Positions 29,411 through 39,326 of a stretch of DNA of 64,000 nucleotides are shown here, piece after piece. The DNA comes from Candidatus Latescibacterota bacterium (GTDB taxonomy: Bacteria; Latescibacterota; UBA2968; UBA8231). The DNA lies in NCBI GenBank assembly GCA_965221775.1, contig CBDCSU010000005.1, positions 1,445,180 to 1,509,179 of the forward strand. The letters run 5' to 3'. The notes under the pieces were generated by a model, which was given only the letters and a program-made list of their open reading frames with translations, did not search any database and was not told the DNA's origin. The stretch's first letter is position 1. Each line of letters opens with the position of its first letter. The position numbers and the translations under genes were made by a program.

Positions 29411-30202
29411 TCAGCCCTCCTCGCCGCCGCCGAGCAGCTCGCGCACCGCGGCGCCCGGGTCTTCCGCCCGCATGAGGGACTCGCCCACGAGGACGGCGTC
29501 GACGCCGGCCTCGCCGAGCTGGCGCAGATGCTCGTGGTGCTCGATGCCGCTCTCGCTGACCAGGGTCACTGTTTCCGGCACGAGGGGCCGCAGCTCGAAG
29601 GTCGTGTCAAGGCTGGTCTCGAAGGTGCGCAGGTCGCGGTTGTTGATGCCCACGGGGGAGGCTTCGGCGGCCAGGGCGCGCTCCAGCTCCTCGCGGGTGT
29701 GGACCTCGGCGAGGACCGCCAGGCCCAGCTCCCGGCCCAGTCCCTGGAGGTCCTCCAGCTGGCCGCCGTCCATGATGGAGACGATGAGCAACACGGCGTC
29801 CGCGCCGATGACGCGGGCCTCGAAGAGCTGGTACGGGTCGATGGTGAAGTCCTTGCGCAACACCGGGATCCCGGCGGCCTGCCGCGCGGACTGGAGGTGG
29901 GCGTCGGAGCCCTGAAAATACGCCTCGTCGGTGAGCACCGAAAGCGCGCGGGCGCCGTTGCCGGCGTAGGCGCTGGCGATCGCCGCCGGGTCGAAGTCCT
30001 CGCGGATCACGCCCTTGGAGGGGGAAGCCTTCTTCACCTCGGCGATGAGGGAGACCCCCTCCGCGGCCAGCGCCCCGGCGAAGTCCGCCGGCTCCGGCGC
30101 GTCGAGGGCCCGGGCGCGGACCTCGGCCGCGGGCGCGTCGTGGACGCGCCGGGCCAGGAAGTCGCGCTTGCTGGCGACGATCTCTTCGAGGATGCCGGCC
30201 AT
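29411..30202 (-). CDS. trpC: Indole-3-glycerol phosphate synthase
   Basis: IAEVKKASPSKG, SVLTD, LRKDF, GINNRDL, SESGI, LVGESLM. Confidence 0.96.
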   Translation of the reverse strand: MAGILEEIVASKRDFLARRVHDAPAAEVRARALDAPEPADFAGALAAEGVSLIAEVKKASPSKGVIREDFDPAAIASAYAGNGARALSVLTDEAYFQGSDAHLQSARQAAGIPVLRKDFTIDPYQLFEARVIGADAVLLIVSIMDGGQLEDLQGLGRELGLAVLAEVHTREELERALAAEASPVGINNRDLRTFETSLDTTFELRPLVPETVTLVSESGIEHHEHLRQLGEAGVDAVLVGESLMRAEDPGAAVRELLGGGEEG

Positions 30203-30212
30203 GCCCGCCGCC

Positions 30213-31223
30213 TCAGGCGTTGCTCACCTCCACGAGCCGGTCCAGGGCCTGCCGGGCCCGGCCCGAGGCGATCGACTCGCGGGCGGCCTCGATGCCGCCG
30301 GCCAGGTCCGCGGCCACTCCGGCGGCGGCGAGGGCGGCGGCGGCGTTGAGGAGCACCACGTCCGCCCGGGGTCCGCTGCCGCCGTCGAGGACCTCCCGCA
30401 GGATGGCGGCGTTGGCGGCCGGGTCACCCCCCTCGAGGGCGGCGGCCTCGGCGCGGTCGATCCCGAAGTCGCCGGGCTCGATCTCGTAGGTGCGCACCTC
30501 GCCGTCGGCCAGCTCGCTCACCCGCGACGGCCCGGTGAGGGTGATCTCGTCGAGACCGTCGAGACCGTGGACGACAAAGGCCCGCTCCGAGCCCAGGGCC
30601 CCGAGGACGCGGGCCTGCAGCTCGGTCAGCTCCGGCGCGAAGACGCCCATGAGATGGCGCGTCGCCCCGGCGGGATTGGTCAGCGGCCCGAGGATGTTGA
30701 AGACGGTGCGCGTGCCCAGCTCCCGGCGGGGGCCGATGGCGTGCTTCATGGCGCCGTGCAGGGCCTGGGCGAAGAGGAAGCCGATGCCGGCCTCGTCGAG
30801 GCAGGTCCCCACGCGGGCCGGGTCGGCCTCGATGTTGACGCCCAGCTCGGCGAGGACGTCGGCGGAGCCGCACCGGCTCGAGATGGCGCGGTTCCCGTGC
30901 TTGGCCACCGTGCACCCGGCGCCGGCGGCGACGAAGGCGGCGGTGGTGGAGATGTTGAAGGTGCCCGAGGCGTCGCCGCCGGTGCCGCAGGTGTCGAGCA
31001 GGGGCGGCCGGCCGCCGGAGATGCGCGTCGCCTTGGCCCGCATGACCTCGGTGAAGCCGGCCACCTCGTCCTCCGTCTCGCCCTTGCAGCGCAAGGCCAC
31101 GAGGAAGCCGCCGATCTGGGCGTCCGTCGCCTCGCCGCTCATGATCTGGTCCATCACGGCGGTGGCCGTCTCCCGGTCGAGGTCGCGGCCGGCGATGAGT
31201 TGCTGAATCGCGTCCTGGATCAT
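30213..31223 (-). CDS. trpD: Anthranilate phosphoribosyltransferase
   Basis: DTCGTGGD, FNIST, KHGNR, GSAD, FNILGPLTNP, GLDE. Confidence 0.96.
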   Translation of the reverse strand: MIQDAIQQLIAGRDLDRETATAVMDQIMSGEATDAQIGGFLVALRCKGETEDEVAGFTEVMRAKATRISGGRPPLLDTCGTGGDASGTFNISTTAAFVAAGAGCTVAKHGNRAISSRCGSADVLAELGVNIEADPARVGTCLDEAGIGFLFAQALHGAMKHAIGPRRELGTRTVFNILGPLTNPAGATRHLMGVFAPELTELQARVLGALGSERAFVVHGLDGLDEITLTGPSRVSELADGEVRTYEIEPGDFGIDRAEAAALEGGDPAANAAILREVLDGGSGPRADVVLLNAAAALAAAGVAADLAGGIEAARESIASGRARQALDRLVEVSNA

Positions 31224-31259
31224 GGTTGGTCTCCTCCTTCGGAAAGCAAGATCCCGGGT

Positions 31260-31822
31260 TCAATCCCGCGCAAGGAAGTTGCCCAGCAGGCGCTGGCCCT
31301 CGGCGGTGAGGATCGACTCCGGGTGGAACTGAACGCCCTCCACGTCCAGCTCGCGGTGGCGCAGCCCCATCACGATCCCGTCCTCGGTCTCGGCGACGAC
31401 CTCCAGACAGTCGGGCAGCGACTCGCGCTCGACGATGAGCGAGTGGTAGCGGGTGGCCACGAAGGGGTTGGGCAGGCCGGCGTAGATCCCCCGGCCGTGA
31501 TGGTGGATCTCCGATGTCTTGCCGTGCATGACGTACGGAGCGCGGGTGACGACGCCGCCGAAGGCCTGGCCGATCGACTGGTGCCCGAGGCAGACCCCCA
31601 GGATGGGGACCTCACCCGCGAAGCGGTTCACCACCTCGATGGAGATGCCCGCCACGTCGGGCGTGCACGGCCCCGGCGAGATGACGATGCGCTCCGGCGC
31701 CAGGCCGGCGATCTCGTCGGTGGTGACGCGGTCGTTGCGGTACACGGACAGCTCGGCGCCGAGCTCGCCCAGGTACTGCACGAGGTTGTACGTGAAGGAA
31801 TCGTAGTTGTCGATCACCAGGA

Positions 31823-31826
<4 letters not shown>
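31260..31826 (-). CDS. trpG: Anthranilate synthase component II (glutamine amidotransferase)
   Basis: [34 protein letters not shown]. Confidence 0.93.
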
Positions 31827-33385
<1,559 letters not shown>

Positions 33386-33452
33386 CTCGACTGCTCCGCT
33401 CGTTGCGGACGCGAGTCACCGGCAGCGACACGGCGAGGACCGTTGGGCACGG

Positions 33453-33488
33453 AAAAGGCCGCGAGCGCTGTCGATGCGCCCGCGGCCT
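33453..33488 (-). terminator. trp attenuator terminator hairpin
   Basis: Minus strand AGGCCGCGGGCGC-ATCGACA-GCGCTCGCGGCCT followed by TTT, between the leader ORF and trpE. Confidence 0.85.
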
Positions 33489-33516
33489 GTGTGGTTTCCG
33501 TCTGCCGGTACCCGCC

Positions 33517-33603
33517 TTACGGGTGGACGCACCTCTGTCCCATCTCGTAGGACCAGAAGCGCCACCACCATCGGCGCGGGTTGTCGGTGCGATTGTCGGT
33601 CAT
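33517..33603 (-). CDS. trpL: trp operon leader peptide (28 aa)
   Basis: MTDNRTDNPRRWWWRFWSYEMGQRCVHP*; three tandem TGG codons plus a fourth; lies between the promoter and the terminator upstream of trpE. Confidence 0.88.
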   Translation of the reverse strand: MTDNRTDNPRRWWWRFWSYEMGQRCVHP

Positions 33604-33633
33604 TTGTGAGTGCCCGTTGAAATCGAGTCTCCG

Positions 33634-33662
33634 ATAGTAACGACCGGGTCCGCCGGTGTCAA
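33634..33662 (-). promoter_or_regulatory. Sigma70-type promoter of the trp leader
   Basis: Minus strand TTGACA (33662-33657), 17-bp spacer, TACTAT (33639-33634). Confidence 0.8.
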
Positions 33663-33714
33663 CCGGTCCCTATCTTGAAGGAGCCGCACCACGGACCTGA
33701 AGAAAGGGGGAGCC

Positions 33715-33933
33715 ATGACCCGGATTTCCGCAAGTGTACCCGCCGAACTCCTCGAAGCGGTGGACAGGGCCGCCGGCGAGCTCGGACGCAGCCGCGCCGA
33801 CATCGTCCGGCAGGCGCTGGAACGCTATCTGGAGGACTTCGCCGATCTCGCTTTTGCCGGGGAGAGGCTCCGCGATCCGGCCGATCCGGTCCTGGAGTGG
33901 GAACGGGTTCGGCAAGGACTGATCGGTCGTTGA
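33715..33933 (+). CDS. Ribbon-helix-helix (CopG/RelB-like) protein, antitoxin-like
   Basis: RISASVPAELLEAVDRAA..GRSRADIVRQALERYLED, C-terminal DPVLEWERVR; GGGGAG RBS. Confidence 0.8.
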   Translation: MTRISASVPAELLEAVDRAAGELGRSRADIVRQALERYLEDFADLAFAGERLRDPADPVLEWERVRQGLIGR

Positions 33934-34054
33934 CAGGGTTGTCCTCTTCGACTGATCTTGCCACGAGGATGCCCGTGGCCCACTGGCGGGTTTTCTGGCG
34001 ATCCGGTCACCCGCACTCCAGGATTGGGTGGCGGTCGAGCCCCCGGACAGTTTG

Positions 34055-35020
34055 ATGATACCGCCCGAAGAACCACCCCCACCTCCCAAGGCCCCTTGGC
34101 TGTACTCGCGCCAACGCAGCCTTCTGGCTCTGCTGTCTGCTCTTGGCGGCAACGTGGGTAATCTGGACTTCCAGAAACTGCTGTTCCTTTTCTGCAAGCA
34201 GCTGTTCACGGACAGCGCCCACTACCACCGTGCCCCTTACGAATTCGTGCCATACCGATACGGCGCCTTCTCCTTCACCTGCTATGCCGATCGCCGCCGT
34301 CTGATCGAGCAGGGCCTCCTTGCCGACGACAACCAAAGTTGGGTGCTTACCGACCAGGGCCGGAGTGTCGCGGGGCCATTGCCGGACCGCAGGACGCGTG
34401 AATTCGCGCATCGGCACCGAGGACTCAGAGGCAGCGCCCTCATCGCCGAGACCTACCGCCAGTACCCCTACTATGCAGTGCGGAGCGACCTTGCCAAAGA
34501 TGTGCTCGACAAGGACAACGCGGCATACGTCCGGGTCTTGAAGGCCGCCCCTGCCACACGGTCATCGCGGCTGTTCACAATCGGCTACCAAGGGCGAACC
34601 CTTGAGTGCTATCTGAATGTGCTGATTCAAGAGGCCGTGACCATACTGTGCGATGTCCGAAAGAACGCCATCAGCCGCAAGTACGGTTTTTCCAAGAGGA
34701 CCCTTGCCAGAGCATGCGAGGGCGTCGGGATTCGCTATGAGCATCTTCCCGAGCTTGGGATCGAATCACAACAGCGCAAGGGTCTCAAGACGGCCTCGGA
34801 CTTCGAGGCTCTCTTCAGCGCTTACGAGCGGTCCATCCTGCCGAACCGGGAGGCCGCTCTTGATACGATCCGCGCCTGGCTGCGATCGGGAGATTCCGTT
34901 GCCCTGACCTGCTTCGAGCGTGATGCCGGACAGTGTCATCGGCATTGTGTAGCGGGTGCCCTTGCGCAGGTGTCCGGAACCAAGCCCGATGATCAGGGAT
35001 ATGTCGCACGGCATCTATGA
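34055..35020 (+). CDS. DUF488 domain protein with N-terminal helical/wHTH-like region
   Basis: LFTIGYQG, LCDVR, SRKYGFSK, YEHLPELG, LTCFERDAGQCHR; N-terminal DFQKLLFLF..YEFVPYRYGAFSF. Start uncertain (34028-34100). Confidence 0.82.
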   Translation: MIPPEEPPPPPKAPWLYSRQRSLLALLSALGGNVGNLDFQKLLFLFCKQLFTDSAHYHRAPYEFVPYRYGAFSFTCYADRRRLIEQGLLADDNQSWVLTDQGRSVAGPLPDRRTREFAHRHRGLRGSALIAETYRQYPYYAVRSDLAKDVLDKDNAAYVRVLKAAPATRSSRLFTIGYQGRTLECYLNVLIQEAVTILCDVRKNAISRKYGFSKRTLARACEGVGIRYEHLPELGIESQQRKGLKTASDFEALFSAYERSILPNREAALDTIRAWLRSGDSVALTCFERDAGQCHRHCVAGALAQVSGTKPDDQGYVARHL

Positions 35021-35850
35021 CAGGCACGGAGAAGCACCGCATCCTCGTCACAGTCAAGACCTACCCGACCCTGTCCAGGAAGTACGGCGAAACGGTCTGC
35101 ACGGCAGGTGTGAGAGCGGACGGGACATGGGTGCGGATCTACCCCGTGCCATTCCGCCGGCTGGATGAGGCGGAGCAATACCGCAAGTTCGACTGGATTG
35201 AATGCCGGCTGAAGCGAAGAGCCAGTGACCCGCGGCCTGAGTCCTTCAGCTTGGTTGATTTCAGCGAGCTCACTCGCGTCGGACACATCGGCACTTCCGA
35301 TAAGTGGAGTGAACGGCGACGCATACTGCTCAAGACCGCGAGAGTCTACGACACGCTCTCAGAGCTCATTGCCGCAGCCAAGGAAAATGTGGCTTCCCTT
35401 GCTGTATTCAAACCCACGAGGGTTACTGATTTCATCTGGGAAGACGACGATCGGGACTGGTCGCAGGACCGTCTTGACCAGATGCGGGCCAGGCATAGCC
35501 AGCTCGGCCTCTTTGAGGACGATCCTTGGCGACAGACTTTCCGGCTCATCAAGAAGCTCCCCTATGCCTTCTCCTATCGATTCAAGGATGCAACCGGACG
35601 ATCCAGCGAACTCCAGGTGCTGGACTGGGAGGTTGGCGCCCTCTACTGGAACTGCTTGAAGTCGACGAACGGTGACGAGAGCGAAGCCCTTGCCAAGGTA
35701 CGGGGCAAGTACTACCAGGAGTTCCTCAGGACCGATCTACACTTCTTCCTTGGCACAACCCAGCAGTTTCACCAAGTCGGGCCGAATCCGTGGGTCGTTG
35801 TCGGTGTGTTCCCGATCCCCCACGATCCTCAGCAGCGGCTCTTTGACTAG
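35017..35850 (+). CDS. Hypothetical protein coupled to the DUF488 gene
   Basis: ATGA overlap with the DUF488 stop; 277 aa with VKTYP..YGETVCTAG, WVRIYPVPFR, DPRPES, DWEVGALYW, FFLGT. Confidence 0.8.
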   Translation: MTGTEKHRILVTVKTYPTLSRKYGETVCTAGVRADGTWVRIYPVPFRRLDEAEQYRKFDWIECRLKRRASDPRPESFSLVDFSELTRVGHIGTSDKWSERRRILLKTARVYDTLSELIAAAKENVASLAVFKPTRVTDFIWEDDDRDWSQDRLDQMRARHSQLGLFEDDPWRQTFRLIKKLPYAFSYRFKDATGRSSELQVLDWEVGALYWNCLKSTNGDESEALAKVRGKYYQEFLRTDLHFFLGTTQQFHQVGPNPWVVVGVFPIPHDPQQRLFD

Positions 35851-35876
35851 CCGTTCCGCTCCGGGACTCCCGGCTA

Positions 35877-37032
35877 GTGCTCCGTTAAGGATTCAGACTT
35901 GTACTTTTCCGTAAGTCGTTGTATCATAGGGACCTATGGCCATTTTGCCTGGGAGGGTCCGCCATGTGTCTCCATGCTCGAGCCCCGAACGCCGCGGAAT
36001 CCAAGGAACTGAGCCGGTGGCTGAAGCGGCCTCGCAATGCGGTGCAGATGCGGCGAGGACAGTTGATCTCCCTCAGCGCTCAGGGGATGCGCGTGCAGGA
36101 GCTGTCGACGACGCTGCACCTGCACGAGGAGTACGTGCGCCAACTGCTGCGCCAATACAACGAGGAAGGGTTGGCGTCGCTTCGCACGCGAGCCCATCCG
36201 GGGCGCCCCCCGGCGTTGACCCCGGAAGACGAGTCCGTGGTGGTGGAGATCGCCACCATGCCCCCTCGGGCCTTCGGCCAACCCTTCAACCAGTGGTCGC
36301 TGCGCAAGCTGACGGACCATCTGGTGGGGCGGCAGATGATCCCCAAGGTCTCGCACGTGACCATCGCCAAGGTCCTGGACCGGCATAAGGTCACCTACCA
36401 GCGGACTCGTACCTGGAAGGAGTCGAAGGATCCGGACTTCGCCGCTAAAAAAAACGAATCGACCGACTCTACCGGCGGGCGCCGAAGGACTCGGTCGTAG
36501 TCTGCTTCGACGAGATGGGGCCGGTGCAGATCAAGCCCCATGCCGGCTCCTCGTGGGCGCCGCAGAAGCGCCCGGTGCGCCATCGGGCCACCTACCATCG
36601 GCACGCCGGGGTCAGCTACTTCTTCGGCGCCTACAACGTCCACGAGGACGAGTTGTGGATGCATCACAAGCGCAAGAAGCACGCCTCGGAGGTGCTCACC
36701 TTCCTCAAGGCTATCCGGCGCCGTTACGCCAAGGCCCGACGGATCTACCTCGTCCTCGACAATCTGTCGACGCACACGACCGAACCGATCCGGCAGTGGT
36801 GTCAGCGCCATCAGGTCGACCTCGTCTTCACCGCCACCAACGCCTCCTGGATGAATCGGCTCGAATGCCATCTGACGGCCGCCCACTACTTCGTCATCAA
36901 GAACAGCGACCCGGAGGACCATCGGGACGTGGGCCAACGCATGCAGGAGTACCTCGCCTGGCGATGTCGGAACAAGGCGGATGCGGAGCTGGTGAAGGTC
37001 CAAAACTCAATGCCCACTCTTTAACAGAGCAC
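35877..37032 (+). mobile_element. IS630-family insertion sequence, apparently intact
   Basis: Ends CTAGTGCTCCGTTAAGG (from 35874) and CTTTAACAGAGCACTAG (to 37035) are near-perfect inverted repeats; TA (within CTAG) on both flanks. Confidence 0.9.
35964..37024 (+). CDS. IS630 transposase in two frames joined at an A8 site
   Basis: OrfA HTH (PGRPP, WSLRKL, TWKESKDPDF); A8 at 36447-36454; the -1 frame continues KRIDRLY..CFDEMGP..LDNLSTH..SWMNRLE (DDE). Confidence 0.88.
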
Positions 37033-37058
37033 TAGGGAAGCCCCCCGAGCAGCCCCGT

Positions 37059-38339
37059 TCAGCCAACCATCTCCTCCACCGCGGCCGCCAGCCGGTCCAC
37101 GTCGGCCTCGTCGTTGTAGATGTGGGTGGAGACCCGGAGCGCGTTGTAGCTCTCGCCCTCCACGCCCTCGTCGGGGACGAAGGCGTAGGTCCCCTGGGCG
37201 ACCTTGACGGCCATGTCGTGCTCCTCCAGGAGCCGGCGCGCCAACAGACCCGCGCTCAGGCCGTCCACCGAGAAAGTGAGGATTCCCCCGCAGAGTTCCG
37301 GCTGCGCCGGAGTGAGGATCCTCACCCTCGGGATCCGCTCCAGATGTCCTCGCAGGCGGGCGCTCAGCTCGCGGCAGCGGGCCTCGACGCGGTCCCGCCC
37401 AAGGAGGTTGTGGAACTCCATGGCCACGCCGTGGCCGAGGATGCCGGCCACGTCGCGGGTGCCGGAAGAGGCGGAGTAGCCGCCGTATCCGGAATACAGA
37501 AAGACGGGTTGCACCCGGTCCTGCACCTCCCGGCGGATGTAGAGCAGGCCGCTGCCCTTCGGGGCCAGCATCCACTTGTGGCTGCTGGAGGCGAAGGTGT
37601 CGACTCCGAGGGCTTTGACGTCCACGTCGAGCATCCCCGGGGACTGGGCGCCGTCGCAGACGAGCAGGACGCCCCGGGGGCGCGTGATCCGGGCCACGTC
37701 GGCCAGCGGATAGCGCAGGCCCGTGATCGTGTCGACGTCCATGAGGCTGCACACCCGCGTGCGGGGGGTCAGATGCCGCTCCAGGAGATCGAGGAACTCG
37801 TCCTTGTCCCTCAGTGGAGTCGGCATCTTCAGGTATTTCACGACGATGCCGCGGTGCTTCCTGACATGCTGCCAGCAGACCATGCCGCCGCCGTGCTCGT
37901 GGTTGGTGGTGAGCACCTCGTCGCCCGGCTCCCAGTCGATGCCGGTGGCGACGCCGTTCATGCCTTCGGTGGTGTTGCGCGTGAGGGCGGTCTCCGACAG
38001 GTCCGCCCCGAGGAACTCGGCGGCCAGACGGCGGACATCCTCCATCCCGCTCCCCAGGCCGCCGAAGGTATTCCGCACCGGATCGCCTTCGAGCTCGTGA
38101 CTGTACCGGGCCACGGCCTCGGTGACGGCCTTCGGCGCGGCGCCGCAGCTCCCGGTGTTGAAGTGCGCGAAGCCCGGCTTCAACTGGAACTCCTGCCGCA
38201 GGCGGCTCCACCGGGAGGCCCCCTCCCCCGCGGCGGCCAGGTCCTTCTCCAGTTCCTCCAGCGCGTGGGCGGTGCCTGACAGCCGGGACCAGGGCAGGGT
38301 GGCCGCGGCCAGGGTCTTGACGAACCCGCGTCGCTCCAT
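37059..38339 (-). CDS. Class V PLP-dependent enzyme (isopenicillin N epimerase/cysteine desulfurase-like) with Tat signal
   Basis: MERRGFVK twin-arginine motif; NTTEG, EHGGG, DGAQ, SSHKWMLAPKGSG, RVSTHIYN. Confidence 0.85.
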   Translation of the reverse strand: MERRGFVKTLAAATLPWSRLSGTAHALEELEKDLAAAGEGASRWSRLRQEFQLKPGFAHFNTGSCGAAPKAVTEAVARYSHELEGDPVRNTFGGLGSGMEDVRRLAAEFLGADLSETALTRNTTEGMNGVATGIDWEPGDEVLTTNHEHGGGMVCWQHVRKHRGIVVKYLKMPTPLRDKDEFLDLLERHLTPRTRVCSLMDVDTITGLRYPLADVARITRPRGVLLVCDGAQSPGMLDVDVKALGVDTFASSSHKWMLAPKGSGLLYIRREVQDRVQPVFLYSGYGGYSASSGTRDVAGILGHGVAMEFHNLLGRDRVEARCRELSARLRGHLERIPRVRILTPAQPELCGGILTFSVDGLSAGLLARRLLEEHDMAVKVAQGTYAFVPDEGVEGESYNALRVSTHIYNDEADVDRLAAAVEEMVG

Positions 38340-38399
38340 GGCGGACTCCTCAGGTTGGATCGTTCGCTGCAGACGGCCGAGAGGCCGCCGCCAGTCCGC

Positions 38400-39308
38400 T
38401 TACAGGGTGACGACCTCGGCGTCGATGAGCCGGCTGCCCTCGTCGGTGGTCACGCAGTAGCTGAACCCGCCGGAGGTCCCGGCCGCGCCGCTGCGGCCTT
38501 GCTTGTCGAGAGCGATGAAGAAGCAGGAGAGCTGCTCCGCCGGGCGCGGGTCCCGGCGCAGGATGTGGCGCACCGTCTCGACGCAGGCCGACTGCGGACC
38601 GGCGCCGCGCGCCATGAGGTCGACGACTCGGTACGAGCCGCAGTAGCGCATGATGTTCTCGCCGAGGCCGGTGGCCCCGGCGGCGCCCACCTCGCCGTCC
38701 ACGTAGAGACCGCCGCCGACGATGGGCGAGTCGCCCACCCGGCCCGGCAGCTTGTATCCCCAGCCGCTGGTCGAGCAGCCGCCGGCCAGGCGGCCGTCGC
38801 CGCACCGGCCGAGGAGGGCGAAGGTGTCGTGGCTCTCCGGGATCGGCGGCGGCCCCTGCTGCTCCCGGCGCCAGGCCTCCCAGCGCTGGCGTCGGTCCTC
38901 GGTCAGCAGCTCCGCGGACTCGAACCCCTGGGCGAGGGCGAAGCTCCGGGCGCCTTGGCCGGCGAGCATCACGTGGGGGGTGACCTCCATCACCCGGCGG
39001 GCCACCGAGATGGGGTGCTCGATCCCCTCGAGGGCGGCGACGCTGCCGGCCCGCTGTCCCTCGCCGTCCATGAAGCTGGCGTCGAGCTGCACGACCCCGT
39101 CGGCGTTCGGTGTGCCTCCGAGACCGACGGAGTGTTCCTCCGGGTCCGCCTCCACGAGGCGGATGCCCTGCTCCACCGCGTCCAGCAGGCCGCCCGTGTC
39201 CAGCGTCCTGACGGCGGTCTCGTTGGCCGCCCGGCCGAAGGCCCAGGTGGAGACGAATACGGGGCCCCTCCGGGGGGAGGAGGCCGGACCGCCGCGACGG
39301 GACGCCAT
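38400..39308 (-). CDS. N(4)-(beta-N-acetylglucosaminyl)-L-asparaginase (Ntn hydrolase)
   Basis: SVGLGGTPN..QLDASFMDG, HDT autocleavage site, STSG..KLPGRVGDSP, ATGLGE. Confidence 0.88.
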   Translation of the reverse strand: MASRRGGPASSPRRGPVFVSTWAFGRAANETAVRTLDTGGLLDAVEQGIRLVEADPEEHSVGLGGTPNADGVVQLDASFMDGEGQRAGSVAALEGIEHPISVARRVMEVTPHVMLAGQGARSFALAQGFESAELLTEDRRQRWEAWRREQQGPPPIPESHDTFALLGRCGDGRLAGGCSTSGWGYKLPGRVGDSPIVGGGLYVDGEVGAAGATGLGENIMRYCGSYRVVDLMARGAGPQSACVETVRHILRRDPRPAEQLSCFFIALDKQGRSGAAGTSGGFSYCVTTDEGSRLIDAEVVTL

Positions 39309-39326
39309 GTTGCGCGCCCCCTGCCC

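Noticed and set aside
33386-33620. T-box riboswitch upstream of trpE/trpS
   Set aside because: No T-box consensus seen; the leader peptide and alternative hairpins explain the region.
36447-36454. Transposase pseudogene by frameshift
   Set aside because: The break is at a canonical slippery A-run between the HTH and DDE parts, with intact inverted repeats, which fits programmed frameshifting.
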